63,957 nucleotides of DNA, taken from contig SHYR01000004.1 of assembly GCA_009692705.1 (NCBI GenBank), positions 1 to 63,957 on the forward strand, given 5' to 3'. A program made the translations under genes and the position numbers. This document shows, in pieces, positions 18,385-27,466 of the stretch. Below the pieces are notes generated by a model that worked only from the letters and a program-made list of their open reading frames with translations, searched no databases and was not told the DNA's origin. Numbering within the stretch: the first letter of the stretch is position 1; the number at the start of each line of letters is the position of its first letter. Source of the DNA: Dehalococcoidia bacterium. Lineage in GTDB: Bacteria; Chloroflexota; Dehalococcoidia; UBA2979.

Positions 18385-18627
18385 ATGAGCGAGCGGGCGT
18401 CGGAGTGGGGCGCGGAGCGAGTGCGGGCGCTGCGCCGCCACCTCGCCGCCAGCCAGGCCGAGCTGGGGGAGCGCCTCGGCACGCGCCAGCAGACCGTCTC
18501 CGAGTGGGAGACCGGCAGCAGCCGTCCGCGGCGCATGTCGCGCCGCCTGCTGCAGCTGGTGGCGGAGGAGAGCGGCTTCTATGGCGTGGAATGTCCGTCG
18601 CCGCCGCCGCCGGAGCGCGCGCCGTGA
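18385..18627 (+). CDS. XRE-family helix-turn-helix transcriptional regulator
   Basis: 80-aa protein. LRRHLAASQAELGERLGTRQQTVSEWETG is a classic HTH_3 motif. It is divergent from groES. Confidence 0.7.
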   Translation: MSERASEWGAERVRALRRHLAASQAELGERLGTRQQTVSEWETGSSRPRRMSRRLLQLVAEESGFYGVECPSPPPPERAP

Positions 18628-18669
18628 GCGCGGCGGCGGGCGCCATCGCCCCCGCCGCCGCGCGCTGCT

Positions 18670-19329
18670 GTGGGGCGTGTGCAGCGGCGGCGCCGCGAGA
18701 CCGCGGAGCGCACCGCACCGAGCGAGGCGGAGCTGACCGCGCTCTGGCTGCTCGGCCGTGTCCCCGCCGCCGCGCTGCCGTGGCCGCTGCTGCGGCTCGG
18801 ACGCGCCGGGCGTGGAGCGGGCCTGGACGTGCGCGAGGCGCTGTTCCGCTCGCCCCACGGCGTGCTGCTGGCGGGCGCGCTGGAGGTGCACCGCCGCGCC
18901 TCCGACTGGGAGCGCCACGGCCACGCACGCGACCCGGCCTACGCCGGCGTGGTGCTGCACCTGGTGTGGGAGGACGATGCCGGCGGCTCGGTGCCGCTGG
19001 CTGGCGGTGGCCGGGCGCCGACGGTGGCGCTCGGCCCCGTGCTGGGCTACGACCGCGCACGCTGGCGGCGGTACGTGCAGAAGGCCGGCGCTGCCTACGG
19101 CGACGGCGCGCTCGCGCGCGCCACGGCGACGCTGGCTGCGAACTGGTCGGGGCCGCGACCGTACGGACGCACGCGCGCGCTGGCGGCCGCGCTCGGCGCG
19201 CCGCGCGGGGGCGGCGCGCTGTGGGCGCAGGGGCTGCTGCACCTGCAAGAGCTCTGGTGCGAGCGCGGCGGCTGCGGCGTCTGCTTGCTCTCGCCGCCGT
19301 CGACGCCGGCGGTCGAGGACCGCGGCTAG
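18670..19329 (+). CDS. DUF2851-like protein
   Basis: LEVHRRASDWERHGHARDPAYAGVVLHLVWEDD resembles the DUF2851 core (E.H...SDW..HGH..D..Y..V.LHVV). The assignment is from memory. The start codon is uncertain. Confidence 0.45.
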   Translation: MGRVQRRRRETAERTAPSEAELTALWLLGRVPAAALPWPLLRLGRAGRGAGLDVREALFRSPHGVLLAGALEVHRRASDWERHGHARDPAYAGVVLHLVWEDDAGGSVPLAGGGRAPTVALGPVLGYDRARWRRYVQKAGAAYGDGALARATATLAANWSGPRPYGRTRALAAALGAPRGGGALWAQGLLHLQELWCERGGCGVCLLSPPSTPAVEDRG

Positions 19330-20327
19330 CGCATGCCCAGCCGCAGCCCACCGCGGGCGGCGGTGGAGTAGACCTCCAGCGGCGCGGCGGGGTCGCAGGC
19401 AGCGTCGAGGTGACGAAAGGCCGCCGCTCCGATCATCGCGGCGTTGTCGGTGCAGAGCGCGGGCGGCGGGATGAAGACCGGCAGCGCGCAGCGCTCGCGC
19501 GCGAGCGCGCGCAGGCAGCCGTTCGCCGCCACCCCGCCCGCCAGCAGCAGCGCGCTCACGCCCTCGCGCTCCGCCGCGCGCGCGGCCTTGAGCGAGAGCA
19601 CGTCGGCGACCGCCTGCTCGAACGCCCAGGCGATTTCGGCGGCCGGCGGCGCGTTGGGCGCCTGCGTGGCGTGCAGCACCGCGGTCTTGAGCCCGGAGAA
19701 GGAGAAGTCGTCGCTGCCCCGCAGCCAGGCGCGCGGCAGCCGCAGCGTGCGGCGCTGTGCCGTGCGCGCCAGCGCCGAGAGCGGCGGGCCGCCGGGGTAG
19801 CCGAGTCCGAGCAGCCGCGCGACCTTGTCGAAGGCCTCGCCGGCGGCGTCGTCGCGGGTGCCGCCGAGCCGCCGGAAGCGGCCGTGCTCCGCCATCAGCA
19901 GCAGCTCGGTGTGGCCGCCGGAGACCACCAGCGCGAGCGCCGGCAGCGGCGGCTCCGCCTCGCCCAGCCAGTTCGCGCAGACGTGGCCCTCGATGTGATC
20001 GACCGGGATCAGCGGCAGCCCGCGCGCATAGGCGAGCCCGCGCGCGGCATTGAACCCCACCACCAGCGCGCCGGGCAGCCCCGGCCCGGCGGTGGCGGCG
20101 ATGGCGTCCAGGTCGTCCCAGCCGCACTCGGCGTCGCTGAGCGCGCGGCGTACCACCGGCAGCAGCGCGCGCAGGTGCTGGCGGGCCGCGACCTCGGGCA
20201 CCACACCGCCGGTGGCGGCGTGGTGCGCGTCCTGCGAGGCGACGACGCTGGAAAGCGCGCGGCGGCCGTCGGCCACCACCGCCGCCGCGGTCTCGTCGCA
20301 GGAGCTCTCGATCGCCAGGATGCGCAT
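19326..20327 (-). CDS. tsaD: tRNA N6-adenosine threonylcarbamoyltransferase TsaD
   Basis: N-terminus MRILAIESSCDETAAAVV, also GGVVPEVAARQH, IEGH, and VSGGHTELL. Confidence 0.9.
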   Translation of the reverse strand: MRILAIESSCDETAAAVVADGRRALSSVVASQDAHHAATGGVVPEVAARQHLRALLPVVRRALSDAECGWDDLDAIAATAGPGLPGALVVGFNAARGLAYARGLPLIPVDHIEGHVCANWLGEAEPPLPALALVVSGGHTELLLMAEHGRFRRLGGTRDDAAGEAFDKVARLLGLGYPGGPPLSALARTAQRRTLRLPRAWLRGSDDFSFSGLKTAVLHATQAPNAPPAAEIAWAFEQAVADVLSLKAARAAEREGVSALLLAGGVAANGCLRALARERCALPVFIPPPALCTDNAAMIGAAAFRHLDAACDPAAPLEVYSTAARGGLRLGMR

Positions 20328-20396
20328 GCCGGCAGGGTACGGGCGCGCCCGCCCGCGGGCCAAGGGGCGCGAGCGGCGTTATGGGCGCCGGGGGTG

Positions 20397-22355
20397 CTAG
20401 GGGCGGCCCGCGCCGGTGAGCGGGGGGAAGGCGTAGATGCCGCTGCCGGTCAGCACGTAGAGCTCCGTGCCGTCGTCGGAGAGCGCCAGGTCGCGCAGGT
20501 CGAAGAACTGCGGGTGGCGGTACTGCGCGATGAACGCGCCGTTGCGGTCGGTGGCGAGGATGCGGCGCCCGCCGCGGTCGGCGGAGTAGAGGCGCCCGCG
20601 CGCCTGGTCGGACACGAGCCCGGCGGCGCCGTCGGGCGCGCGGTCGACGCCGCGCAGCAGCGGCGGCAGCTCCCGGCCCTCGCGGAAGTGGCGCAGCGCG
20701 GCGGGCTCCAGCAGGAAGAGCTCTGCGTCCACGAACAGCGCCTGCGCGGTGTGGATCTCGGCGCGGCCGAGCAGGTCGCTGCGCTCGGAGTCGAACCCCG
20801 CGCCGGCGGGGAGGTAGCGCCAGACTTCGCCGCCCTGGGGGTCGAGCAGGTAGAGGTTGCCGCGGTAGACGGCCAGTGCCTGCAGCGAACGCAGGTCGGC
20901 GGCGCCGCGCAGCGGCAGCGGCTTCGGCGTCGCGCCGCGCTGGATCGCGAACAGCGCGCGCTCCGCGTCCAGCAGCAGCAGGCGCTGCTCCGCTGCGTCC
21001 CACGCGATCTGGAGCGGCGCGCGCGCGGCCGTGCCGCCGTAGCTGCTGCCGCCGCGGTAGACCTCGACGGGGGGCGCGTCGGGCCGCGCGAGGTCGAGCG
21101 TGAAGACCCGCCCGCGGTCGGACTCCAGCAGCCACAGTGCGCCGCCGCCGAGCCGCAGCGCCGCCGGGCGGGCGGGGGCGGTGAGCGTGCCGTCGAACTC
21201 GATCACCTTGCGCAGCCCATGCAGGTCCACTACGGCGTCGAGCTGCCGTAGCACCGTCTGTGCGCGCTGGTCGAGCTGCTGCACGCGCGGCTCCTGCTCG
21301 TCGATCGAGCGCGCGCCCGCGATCTCCGCCTGCGCCGCCTGCAGCTGCGCGCGCCGCTCGCCGGCCTCGCCGCCGGCTTCGGCGGTGGCGAGGTGGCGCT
21401 CCGCGGAGGCGATCGCCGTCCCCAGCTTCGCGTCGCGGTCCTGCGCCAGCAGCGGGGGCAGCACGAAGCGGGCGAGCGCGGCGATCGCGATCACGGCCGC
21501 CAGCGCCAGCACGATCGCGCGCCAGGGCAGGCGCGCGCCCTCGCCCGGCCGCCCGGCGACGCGCTGGCGTCGCAACACGGGCAGCGGGGGTCGCGCGCCG
21601 CCGCCGACTGGCGGTTCCGCCGCCGCACCGGAATCCACGCGCGCCGAGCGCGCCGGCTCCGCGGGCGGGGGCTCCGGCGCGGAGAGTGCGAACGCGGGCG
21701 TATCGCCGTCCACGCCTTCGATCTCCGCCACCAGCACCGCCGCCATGTCGCGCTGCGCGCGCGTGCGCACGTAGAGCTGGGCGAGCGCGCGGCGGGGGCC
21801 GGCGGCGAAGGCGCGCGTCACCGCCTCGGCGCCGGCGGCGCGCTCGGCCTGGCTGCTGAGCAGCAGCAGCTGGTGATCGGCGAGGCGGAAGGACTGGAAC
21901 AGCGGCTGCAGCGGCTGGGGGCCGCCGAGCGGCATCGCGGCCGGCTGGCCGTCGGTGGAGAGGCGGCGCACGCCTTCGGGGCCATTGACGTGGGCCACGC
22001 CAGGACCGGCCATTGCCAGCGTGGCTTCGCCGTCCCGGATCGCGACGCAGCTGATGCCGACCGCGACCTGGTGCTCGCGCAGCGACCGACGGTTCCACTC
22101 CGCGAGGTTGGCGTGGGCCTGTTGCAGCGCGCGCAGCAGGCCGCCGGTCAGCGAGAGCGATTCGCGGCCGAACAGCTCGGCGACCGCGCCTGCCACCTCG
22201 GCGCAGAACTCGCTGGAGCGCTGGTCGACCGGCTCGGCGAGCACGAGCAGGCGCACGCTCTCGTCGTCACGCACGCGCTGGCGCTCGACGATCCAGGGGC
22301 CGTGCTCGCGCACCTCCCCAGCGACGATGCAGTAGCGGCCTATCCAGACGCCCAT
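20397..22355 (-). CDS. Membrane protein: PP2C-like cytoplasmic N-domain, one TM segment, coiled coil, C-terminal beta-propeller-like repeats
   Basis: The first ~200 aa look like SpoIIE/PP2C (VAVGISCVAIRDGEATLAMAGPG ... LLLLSS). TM segment WRAIVLALAAVIAIAALARFVL. C-terminal repeats include LWLLESDRGRVFTL, LYLLDPQGGEVWRY, RLYSADRGGRRILATD and ELYVLTGSGIYAF. Confidence 0.55.
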   Translation of the reverse strand: MGVWIGRYCIVAGEVREHGPWIVERQRVRDDESVRLLVLAEPVDQRSSEFCAEVAGAVAELFGRESLSLTGGLLRALQQAHANLAEWNRRSLREHQVAVGISCVAIRDGEATLAMAGPGVAHVNGPEGVRRLSTDGQPAAMPLGGPQPLQPLFQSFRLADHQLLLLSSQAERAAGAEAVTRAFAAGPRRALAQLYVRTRAQRDMAAVLVAEIEGVDGDTPAFALSAPEPPPAEPARSARVDSGAAAEPPVGGGARPPLPVLRRQRVAGRPGEGARLPWRAIVLALAAVIAIAALARFVLPPLLAQDRDAKLGTAIASAERHLATAEAGGEAGERRAQLQAAQAEIAGARSIDEQEPRVQQLDQRAQTVLRQLDAVVDLHGLRKVIEFDGTLTAPARPAALRLGGGALWLLESDRGRVFTLDLARPDAPPVEVYRGGSSYGGTAARAPLQIAWDAAEQRLLLLDAERALFAIQRGATPKPLPLRGAADLRSLQALAVYRGNLYLLDPQGGEVWRYLPAGAGFDSERSDLLGRAEIHTAQALFVDAELFLLEPAALRHFREGRELPPLLRGVDRAPDGAAGLVSDQARGRLYSADRGGRRILATDRNGAFIAQYRHPQFFDLRDLALSDDGTELYVLTGSGIYAFPPLTGAGRP

Positions 22356-22473
22356 GCGGACCGATCGATGAGGGGAGCTGCGGTGGACACGCCGCGGCCG
22401 GCGCCGCGGGCCATGATACGGAGGCGCGCGCGGACGCGCGATGCGCGAGCGCCGGACCGGGGCGGGCGAACGG

Positions 22474-23094
22474 TCAGCGGGCGGCGACGGGCTGGAGGCG
22501 GTAGGTGCAGCACTGGTCGCCGCGCACGCGGCAGGTCACGAGGCGCGCGTCCATGCCGGTGAGCTCGCGCATGAAGGCGACGTCGATCACACAGCATGCG
22601 GAATTCTGACGCGCCACCTCCGGGTACGGGCAGGTGCGCTCGTGCAGGAGGAAGGCGTCGCCGTCGCGCTCCCAGTCGGCCACCACCTCGTGCTCCCGCA
22701 ACGCCGCGCATGCCAGCTCGAGGCGCTCGGCGCCTGACGTGGCGGCCGCCGGCGCAGAGTGCTCGCTCGCCATGCGCCGCGCCACGCCGCGGATGACCTG
22801 CTGGAAGCCGGCGGCGCCGTAGGTGCCGCGCACCTCGTCCAGCAGGGCGTTCGCCAGCCAGTCGTAACCGAGCGCGTAGCTTGTCTCGCCGCGCGGGGTG
22901 AGCGAGTAGAGGAGCGCCGGGCGGCCAACGCGGCCCCGCTCTTCGCCGGCCGCGACCAGCCGCTCCTGCTCGAGGATCATGAGGTGCTGCCGGACGCCGG
23001 TGGGCGTGAGGCCCAACACCTCGCTGAGCTCGCGCACCGTGACCTCGCTGTGAATCCGCAGGTAGTCGAGGATCTGCTGGCGCGTCGCCTGCAT
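22474..23094 (-). CDS. ArsR/DeoR-like winged-helix transcriptional regulator (COG2345-type) with a Cys-rich C-domain
   Basis: N-terminus MQATRQQILDYLRIHSEVTVRELSEVLGLTPTGVRQHLMILEQERLV. The C-terminus contains ERTCPYPEVARQNSACCVIDVAF. A good SD (GGGAGG) precedes the ATG. Confidence 0.7.
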   Translation of the reverse strand: MQATRQQILDYLRIHSEVTVRELSEVLGLTPTGVRQHLMILEQERLVAAGEERGRVGRPALLYSLTPRGETSYALGYDWLANALLDEVRGTYGAAGFQQVIRGVARRMASEHSAPAAATSGAERLELACAALREHEVVADWERDGDAFLLHERTCPYPEVARQNSACCVIDVAFMRELTGMDARLVTCRVRGDQCCTYRLQPVAAR

Positions 23095-23236
23095 AGCGGA
23101 CCTCCCGCGAACGGATCAACGCCTGCCGCCCGGCCATGATACACGCGCGGCCGCCGCGCCGATGCGGCGCCGGCGGACCGCCGCCGTCCGCGGGCTGCTA
23201 GCATCGAGGGCCGGAGGGGTGGTGACCGGGGACCCG

Positions 23237-23623
23237 ATGCTGTATCGCGCGCAGGCGGACGCGATCGTGCAGCGCGCCGCCGACCAGCTGCGCGCGCTGC
23301 TGCGTACGCTGGCGCAGGACATCGACCCCTTCCCGCCGTTTCCCGGCTCGCTGTTCTCCTACGGCATCGAGGTGGAGCCGCCCGGCGGGGACGCGGAGCG
23401 CGGCTGCGTGGTGCTGGGTGAAGACGGAGAGCTGTACGAGCTCCAGATCTGGTTCGACGTGGAGCAGGCGCCGAGCGGCAACCCGCTCGCGATGCGCGCC
23501 GAGCAGCGCGTGCCGCTGGCTGGCCTGCCGCCCGCGCTCTATGTCGCCTACGCGCAGCGCGCGGTGGCCGCCGCCTCGGAGTACCTCGAGCGGCGGGCGC
23601 AGCAGCAGCAGGCGCAACAGTAG
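23237..23623 (+). CDS. Hypothetical protein
   Basis: ATG at 23237 within ORF 23162..23623. The composition looks natural (MLYRAQADAIVQRAADQLRALLRTLAQDIDPFPPFPGSLF...). No family recognised. Confidence 0.4.
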   Translation: MLYRAQADAIVQRAADQLRALLRTLAQDIDPFPPFPGSLFSYGIEVEPPGGDAERGCVVLGEDGELYELQIWFDVEQAPSGNPLAMRAEQRVPLAGLPPALYVAYAQRAVAAASEYLERRAQQQQAQQ

Positions 23624-23897
23624 ACGGGTGCGCTCAGCCCGCCTCCGGCAGACGGCACTCCAGCATCCAGCGCAGCAGGTCGCGCGTGGTGCTGCCGTCC
23701 GAGGCGTAGGAGCGATAGAAGCGGTCGGAGCCGGGGTGGAGATCGGGCCGGGCAGCCATCCTCGCATTGCCTCCCGCGCTGCGCGCGCGGACGCCATGGT
23801 CTTGGACGTCATCGTCCTGATCATCGGCAGCGGGACTCCCGGCCGAGAGGGGGCGGGCCGGGCGAGCCAGCCGGCGCGGTAATCGCCGGCGTGGTGA

Positions 23898-24389
23898 CTA
23901 GCCGGCGCGGTAGTCGCCGGACTTGCCGCCGGACTTGGCAACCAGGCGCACGGCCTCGATGCGCATCGTGCGCTCGACCGACTTGCACATGTCGTAGATG
24001 GTCAGGCCGGCGACCGCCACCGCCGTCAGTGCCTCCATCTCCACCCCGGTCTGGCCGGTGGTGCGGACGGTGGCCTCGATCTCGATCCCCGGCGAGCGGT
24101 GGTCGGGCGTCAGCACCACCTCGACGCCGCTCAGCGGCAGCGGGTGGCAAAGCGGGATCAGCTCCGGTGTGCGCTTCGCCGCCATGATCCCGGCCACGCG
24201 CGCAACCGCCAGCACGTCGCCCTTCGGCACGCTGCCCTCCACGATGCGGCGCAATGTCTCTGCCTGCATCGTGACGCGCCCGCGCGCGGTCGCTTCGCGC
24301 ACGGTCACCGCCTTCGCGGAGACGTCGACCATGCGCGCGCGGCCCTGCGCGTCGAGGTGGCTGAGCGGGGGTGCGGCGTCGTCGGGCAT
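23898..24389 (-). CDS. moaC: Cyclic pyranopterin monophosphate synthase MoaC
   Basis: Contains [43 protein letters not shown], and [10 protein letters not shown]. Confidence 0.9.
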   Translation of the reverse strand: MPDDAAPPLSHLDAQGRARMVDVSAKAVTVREATARGRVTMQAETLRRIVEGSVPKGDVLAVARVAGIMAAKRTPELIPLCHPLPLSGVEVVLTPDHRSPGIEIEATVRTTGQTGVEMEALTAVAVAGLTIYDMCKSVERTMRIEAVRLVAKSGGKSGDYRAG

Positions 24390-24390
24390 G

Positions 24391-25431
24391 TCAGCCGCCG
24401 ATGTACGACATCTCGACGCGCGGCAGCTGCGTCGTCGCCTCGGAGCGCAGCTCGGAGTAGCGGTCCTCGCGGCGGGACCAGAGGTCGCGGATGATCTGCG
24501 CGATCGCGTCGTCGCTGGCCCCGGCGCGTAGCGGGCCGCGCAGGTCCGTGCCCCGCACCGCGAACAGGCAGGTGTAGATGCTGCCGTCGGCGGAGAGGCG
24601 CGCGCGCGTGCAGTCGCCGCAGAACGGCTCGGTGACGGAGGTGATGAAGCCGATCTCGCCCCGGCCGCCGGCCGTGCCGTAGCGCTTCGCGACCTCGCCG
24701 CGGTACTGCGGCTCCAGCGGCACCAGCGCCAGCTCCGCGCTCAGGCGTCCGATCAACTCGCGCGCGGGCACCACCTCGTCGAGCCGCCAGCCGTTGGTGG
24801 TGCCGACGTCCATGAACTCGATCAGCCGCACGATCTTGCCGTCACCGGCGAAGTGCCGCACGAGGCCGGCGACGGTGTGGTCGTTCACGCCGCGCCGCAC
24901 CACGCAGTTGATCTTGACCGGCGCGAGCCCCGCCGCCTCCGCCGCCGCGATCCCCTCCAGCACCATCGCCACGGGGAAGCTGGCGTCGTTCATGGCGCGG
25001 AACACGGCGTCGTCGAGCGAGTCGAGGCTGACCGTGACGCGGTCCAGCCCGGCGTCGGCCAGCGCCTGCGCCTGCGAGGCCAGCAGCGAGCCGTTGGTGG
25101 TGAGCGCGATCTCCACGTCCGGGATCTGCGCTAGCATCGCGACCAGCTTCGGCAGTTGCGCGCGCAGCGTGGGCTCCCCGCCGGTGAGGCGCAGCTTGCG
25201 CACGCCGAGCGTGGCGAAGATGCGCGCCACGCGCGCGATCTCCTCGAAGCTCAGGATCTCGGAGCGGGGCAGGAACTGGAAATCGGTCCCGAACACCTCG
25301 CGCGGCATGCAGTAGCGGCAGCGGAAGTTGCAGCGGTCCGTGACCGAGATGCGCAGGTCGCGCAGCGGACGCCCGAAGTGGTCGAGCAGCGGTGCGGCGC
25401 CGCCATCGCTCGCGGAGGGGCCGTCGCTCAT
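24391..25431 (-). CDS. moaA: GTP 3',8-cyclase MoaA (radical SAM)
   Basis: Contains [18 protein letters not shown] (CxxxCxxC), [11 protein letters not shown], and the C-terminal cluster motif [14 protein letters not shown]. Confidence 0.92.
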   Translation of the reverse strand: MSDGPSASDGGAAPLLDHFGRPLRDLRISVTDRCNFRCRYCMPREVFGTDFQFLPRSEILSFEEIARVARIFATLGVRKLRLTGGEPTLRAQLPKLVAMLAQIPDVEIALTTNGSLLASQAQALADAGLDRVTVSLDSLDDAVFRAMNDASFPVAMVLEGIAAAEAAGLAPVKINCVVRRGVNDHTVAGLVRHFAGDGKIVRLIEFMDVGTTNGWRLDEVVPARELIGRLSAELALVPLEPQYRGEVAKRYGTAGGRGEIGFITSVTEPFCGDCTRARLSADGSIYTCLFAVRGTDLRGPLRAGASDDAIAQIIRDLWSRREDRYSELRSEATTQLPRVEMSYIGG

Positions 25432-25481
25432 GGGTGCTTCCCGTGCGCTCTTCGCTCCAACGGCGCGGCGGCCGTCGCGGT

Positions 25482-26081
25482 TCAGGCGTCGAGCGTTCGC
25501 AGCACCTCGATCATCGCACGGCTGGCAATCGCGCGGTGGCTGATGCGTTGCTTCTCCGCGCCGGCCTCGGCGAGCGTGCGGCCGTCCGGCAGCTCGAACA
25601 CGGGGTCGTAGCCGAAGCCGTCCGCGCCGCGCGGCGTGAGCGCGATGCGGCCCTCCAGCGTGCCCTCGCGCGCGATCACCCGCCCGCCCGGCAGCGCCAG
25701 CGCGAGCACGGCCCGGAAGCGCGCGCCGCGCCGCACCGCGGGTACGCCCGCCAGCTCGCGCAGCAGGCGCTCGTAGCGCCGGCGGTCGGCGAGCTGGAGC
25801 CCGCCGTAGCGCGCGGAGAGCACGCCGGGGCCGCCTTGCAGGGCATCGACCTCCAGCCCGGAGTCGTCGGCGAGCGCGGGCAGCCCGGCGGCGTGCGCGT
25901 AGGCGACCGCCTTCAGTGTGGCGTTCTCGAGGTACGAGCGGCCGGATTCCACCACGCCGACCGCCGGGAGGGCGGCCTCGCGCGGCGAGAGCACCGCCCA
26001 GCCGGAGGGCGCGAGCAGCTCGCGCAGCTCGCGCGCCTTCGCCGCGTTGCCGGAGGCGACGACGAGCCGTCGCGCGCTCAT
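25482..26081 (-). CDS. rdgB: dITP/XTP pyrophosphatase RdgB (Ham1 family)
   Basis: ATG at 26081. Contains VVASGNAAKAREL, DDSGLEVDAL.GGPGVLSARY, FGYDPVF and ISHRA. Confidence 0.8.
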   Translation of the reverse strand: MSARRLVVASGNAAKARELRELLAPSGWAVLSPREAALPAVGVVESGRSYLENATLKAVAYAHAAGLPALADDSGLEVDALQGGPGVLSARYGGLQLADRRRYERLLRELAGVPAVRRGARFRAVLALALPGGRVIAREGTLEGRIALTPRGADGFGYDPVFELPDGRTLAEAGAEKQRISHRAIASRAMIEVLRTLDA

Positions 26082-26121
26082 GCGCCGGATCGCGCGCCGC
26101 CGCTCCGCCGCCCCGGTGGCG

Positions 26122-27216
26122 CTAGATCTCCGACCAGCGGCTGGTGAGCTTCGCCGCCACCGCCGGCATCGTCGTGTATTCCATCTCGTCGAGCGGCAGG
26201 CGGTGGGGCTCGAACGGGCCGTGCTTGCGCAGGTAGTCCGAGATGTGGTTCGCCTCCGCGCGCGCGTTGTCGAACGAGAGGTCGTCGAACATGTCGCGCG
26301 GGCCGACAAGCTTGCCCTTCGCGATCTGGAAGCCGAGCGCGACCACGCGCGGCGGGCCGTCGAAGCGCGCAGGGTGGGCGTCCCGCTGCGCGACCGGCAT
26401 CCACGGCCCGTAGTGCGAGCCGCGCATGAAGCCCTCGACGCTCCACGCGGTGGTGAAAGCCTCCAGCACCTCGCCCACGGCGGGGAAGTCGCCCTGGCAG
26501 CGCACGACCGCCGCCGGGTCGTCCTTGCCGACGTAGCGCCCGGCGATCAGCGAGAGCTTATCGGTGGAGGAGACGGCGCCAACCGCGCCGGTGGCGCGGC
26601 TGACCACGCGCTTGACGGCGTAGCGCGCCGGTGAGCCGATGAAGACCAACAGGTCGTACAGCTCATCCGGCGTGGTGATCATGATCTTCTGGTGCTCTTT
26701 GACGTCGTGCACCTCGAAGGCGAAGCCCTGGTGTAGCGCCTCCGAGATCACGAGACCGGCGGTGTTGAAGGGGTCCGCGAACATCTTGTAGAAGGGCAGG
26801 TTGAATGCGCCCGCCGAACACTTGTCGCCCATGAAGACGATCACCGGTTCCGACTGCCGCTCCTCCAGCTCCAGCTCAGCCGAGCCGGGGCCGGCGCCGC
26901 GGATGTTGCCGGAGAAGGCGTCGACGAGCAGGTCCTGCCCGGCGCCGTAGAGGTGCAGCTTCTTCGCCACCTCGGTGCCGTCCACGAAGGTGTCCCACGC
27001 GAGCTTGTGCACGCGCTCGTCGTTCTCGCCGCGGTCGTGCGACATGATCAGGAAGAGGTCGTCGCCGCAGGAGGAGACCTGCGCGTCGATCAGCAGCCCG
27101 GATTGCACCGCCCGCGCCACCGCCTCCCGGCCGAGGTCGAACACATCGGGGTGCATCGCCGTGTGGCCGATGTAGCCACCGATGTCCGCTTTGATCACGC
27201 TCAGGGTTTGGGGCAT
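26122..27216 (-). CDS. fbp: Bifunctional fructose-1,6-bisphosphate aldolase/phosphatase (class V, archaeal type)
   Basis: N-terminus MPQTLSVIKADIGGYIGHTAMHPDV. Also DDLFLIMSHDRGENDERVHKLAWDTF and MRGSHYGPWMPV, colinear over 365 aa with FBP aldolase/phosphatases as I remember them. Confidence 0.85.
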   Translation of the reverse strand: MPQTLSVIKADIGGYIGHTAMHPDVFDLGREAVARAVQSGLLIDAQVSSCGDDLFLIMSHDRGENDERVHKLAWDTFVDGTEVAKKLHLYGAGQDLLVDAFSGNIRGAGPGSAELELEERQSEPVIVFMGDKCSAGAFNLPFYKMFADPFNTAGLVISEALHQGFAFEVHDVKEHQKIMITTPDELYDLLVFIGSPARYAVKRVVSRATGAVGAVSSTDKLSLIAGRYVGKDDPAAVVRCQGDFPAVGEVLEAFTTAWSVEGFMRGSHYGPWMPVAQRDAHPARFDGPPRVVALGFQIAKGKLVGPRDMFDDLSFDNARAEANHISDYLRKHGPFEPHRLPLDEMEYTTMPAVAAKLTSRWSEI

Positions 27217-27268
27217 GACCGCTCCTCCGGCTGCGCGCGCGATGCCGCGGGCGCAGCCTCTACCGGCT

Positions 27269-27333
27269 CTGCTGGCTTCGCTCCACCCCCGGCGGGGGTG
27301 CCTGCTGGCTCGCTCCACCCCGCGGGGGTGGAG
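27269..27333. repeat. Two tandem REP-like hairpin units in the intergenic region upstream of fbp
   Basis: Unit 1 is ctgctggcttcgctCCACCCCCggcGGGGGTG. Unit 2 is ctgctggctcgCTCCACCCCgcGGGGTGGAG. Each contains a 7-9 bp GC stem. Confidence 0.75.
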
Positions 27334-27466
27334 GGGGCGGGATGGTGACGCGCCGTCGCGGCGCGGGGCGCGTCTGCGTGCATGTCGGTCGTGGACCCGG
27401 GGAGTCGGTCCGCCGCTGAACCCTCGGGGAGGGGTCGAGGCATCCTAGCGAGGCCTGCGAGCGCGG

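Noticed and set aside
17830-22098. A 1422-aa ORF on the minus strand spanning groES, the XRE gene, tsaD and part of the PP2C-like gene.
   Set aside because: Only its last 113 codons (groES) look like real protein. The rest is Arg/Ala/Gly/Pro-rich read-through, typical of stop-poor frames in ~70% GC DNA, and it overlaps well-supported genes on both strands.
23634-23759. A 41-aa minus-strand ORF (MAARPDLHPGSDRFYRSYASDGSTTRDLLRWMLECRLPEAG) between the hypothetical gene and moaC.
   Set aside because: It has plausible composition and a GGAGG lies 10 nt upstream. However, it is very short, has no recognisable family and has no terminator, so the support is too weak to call.
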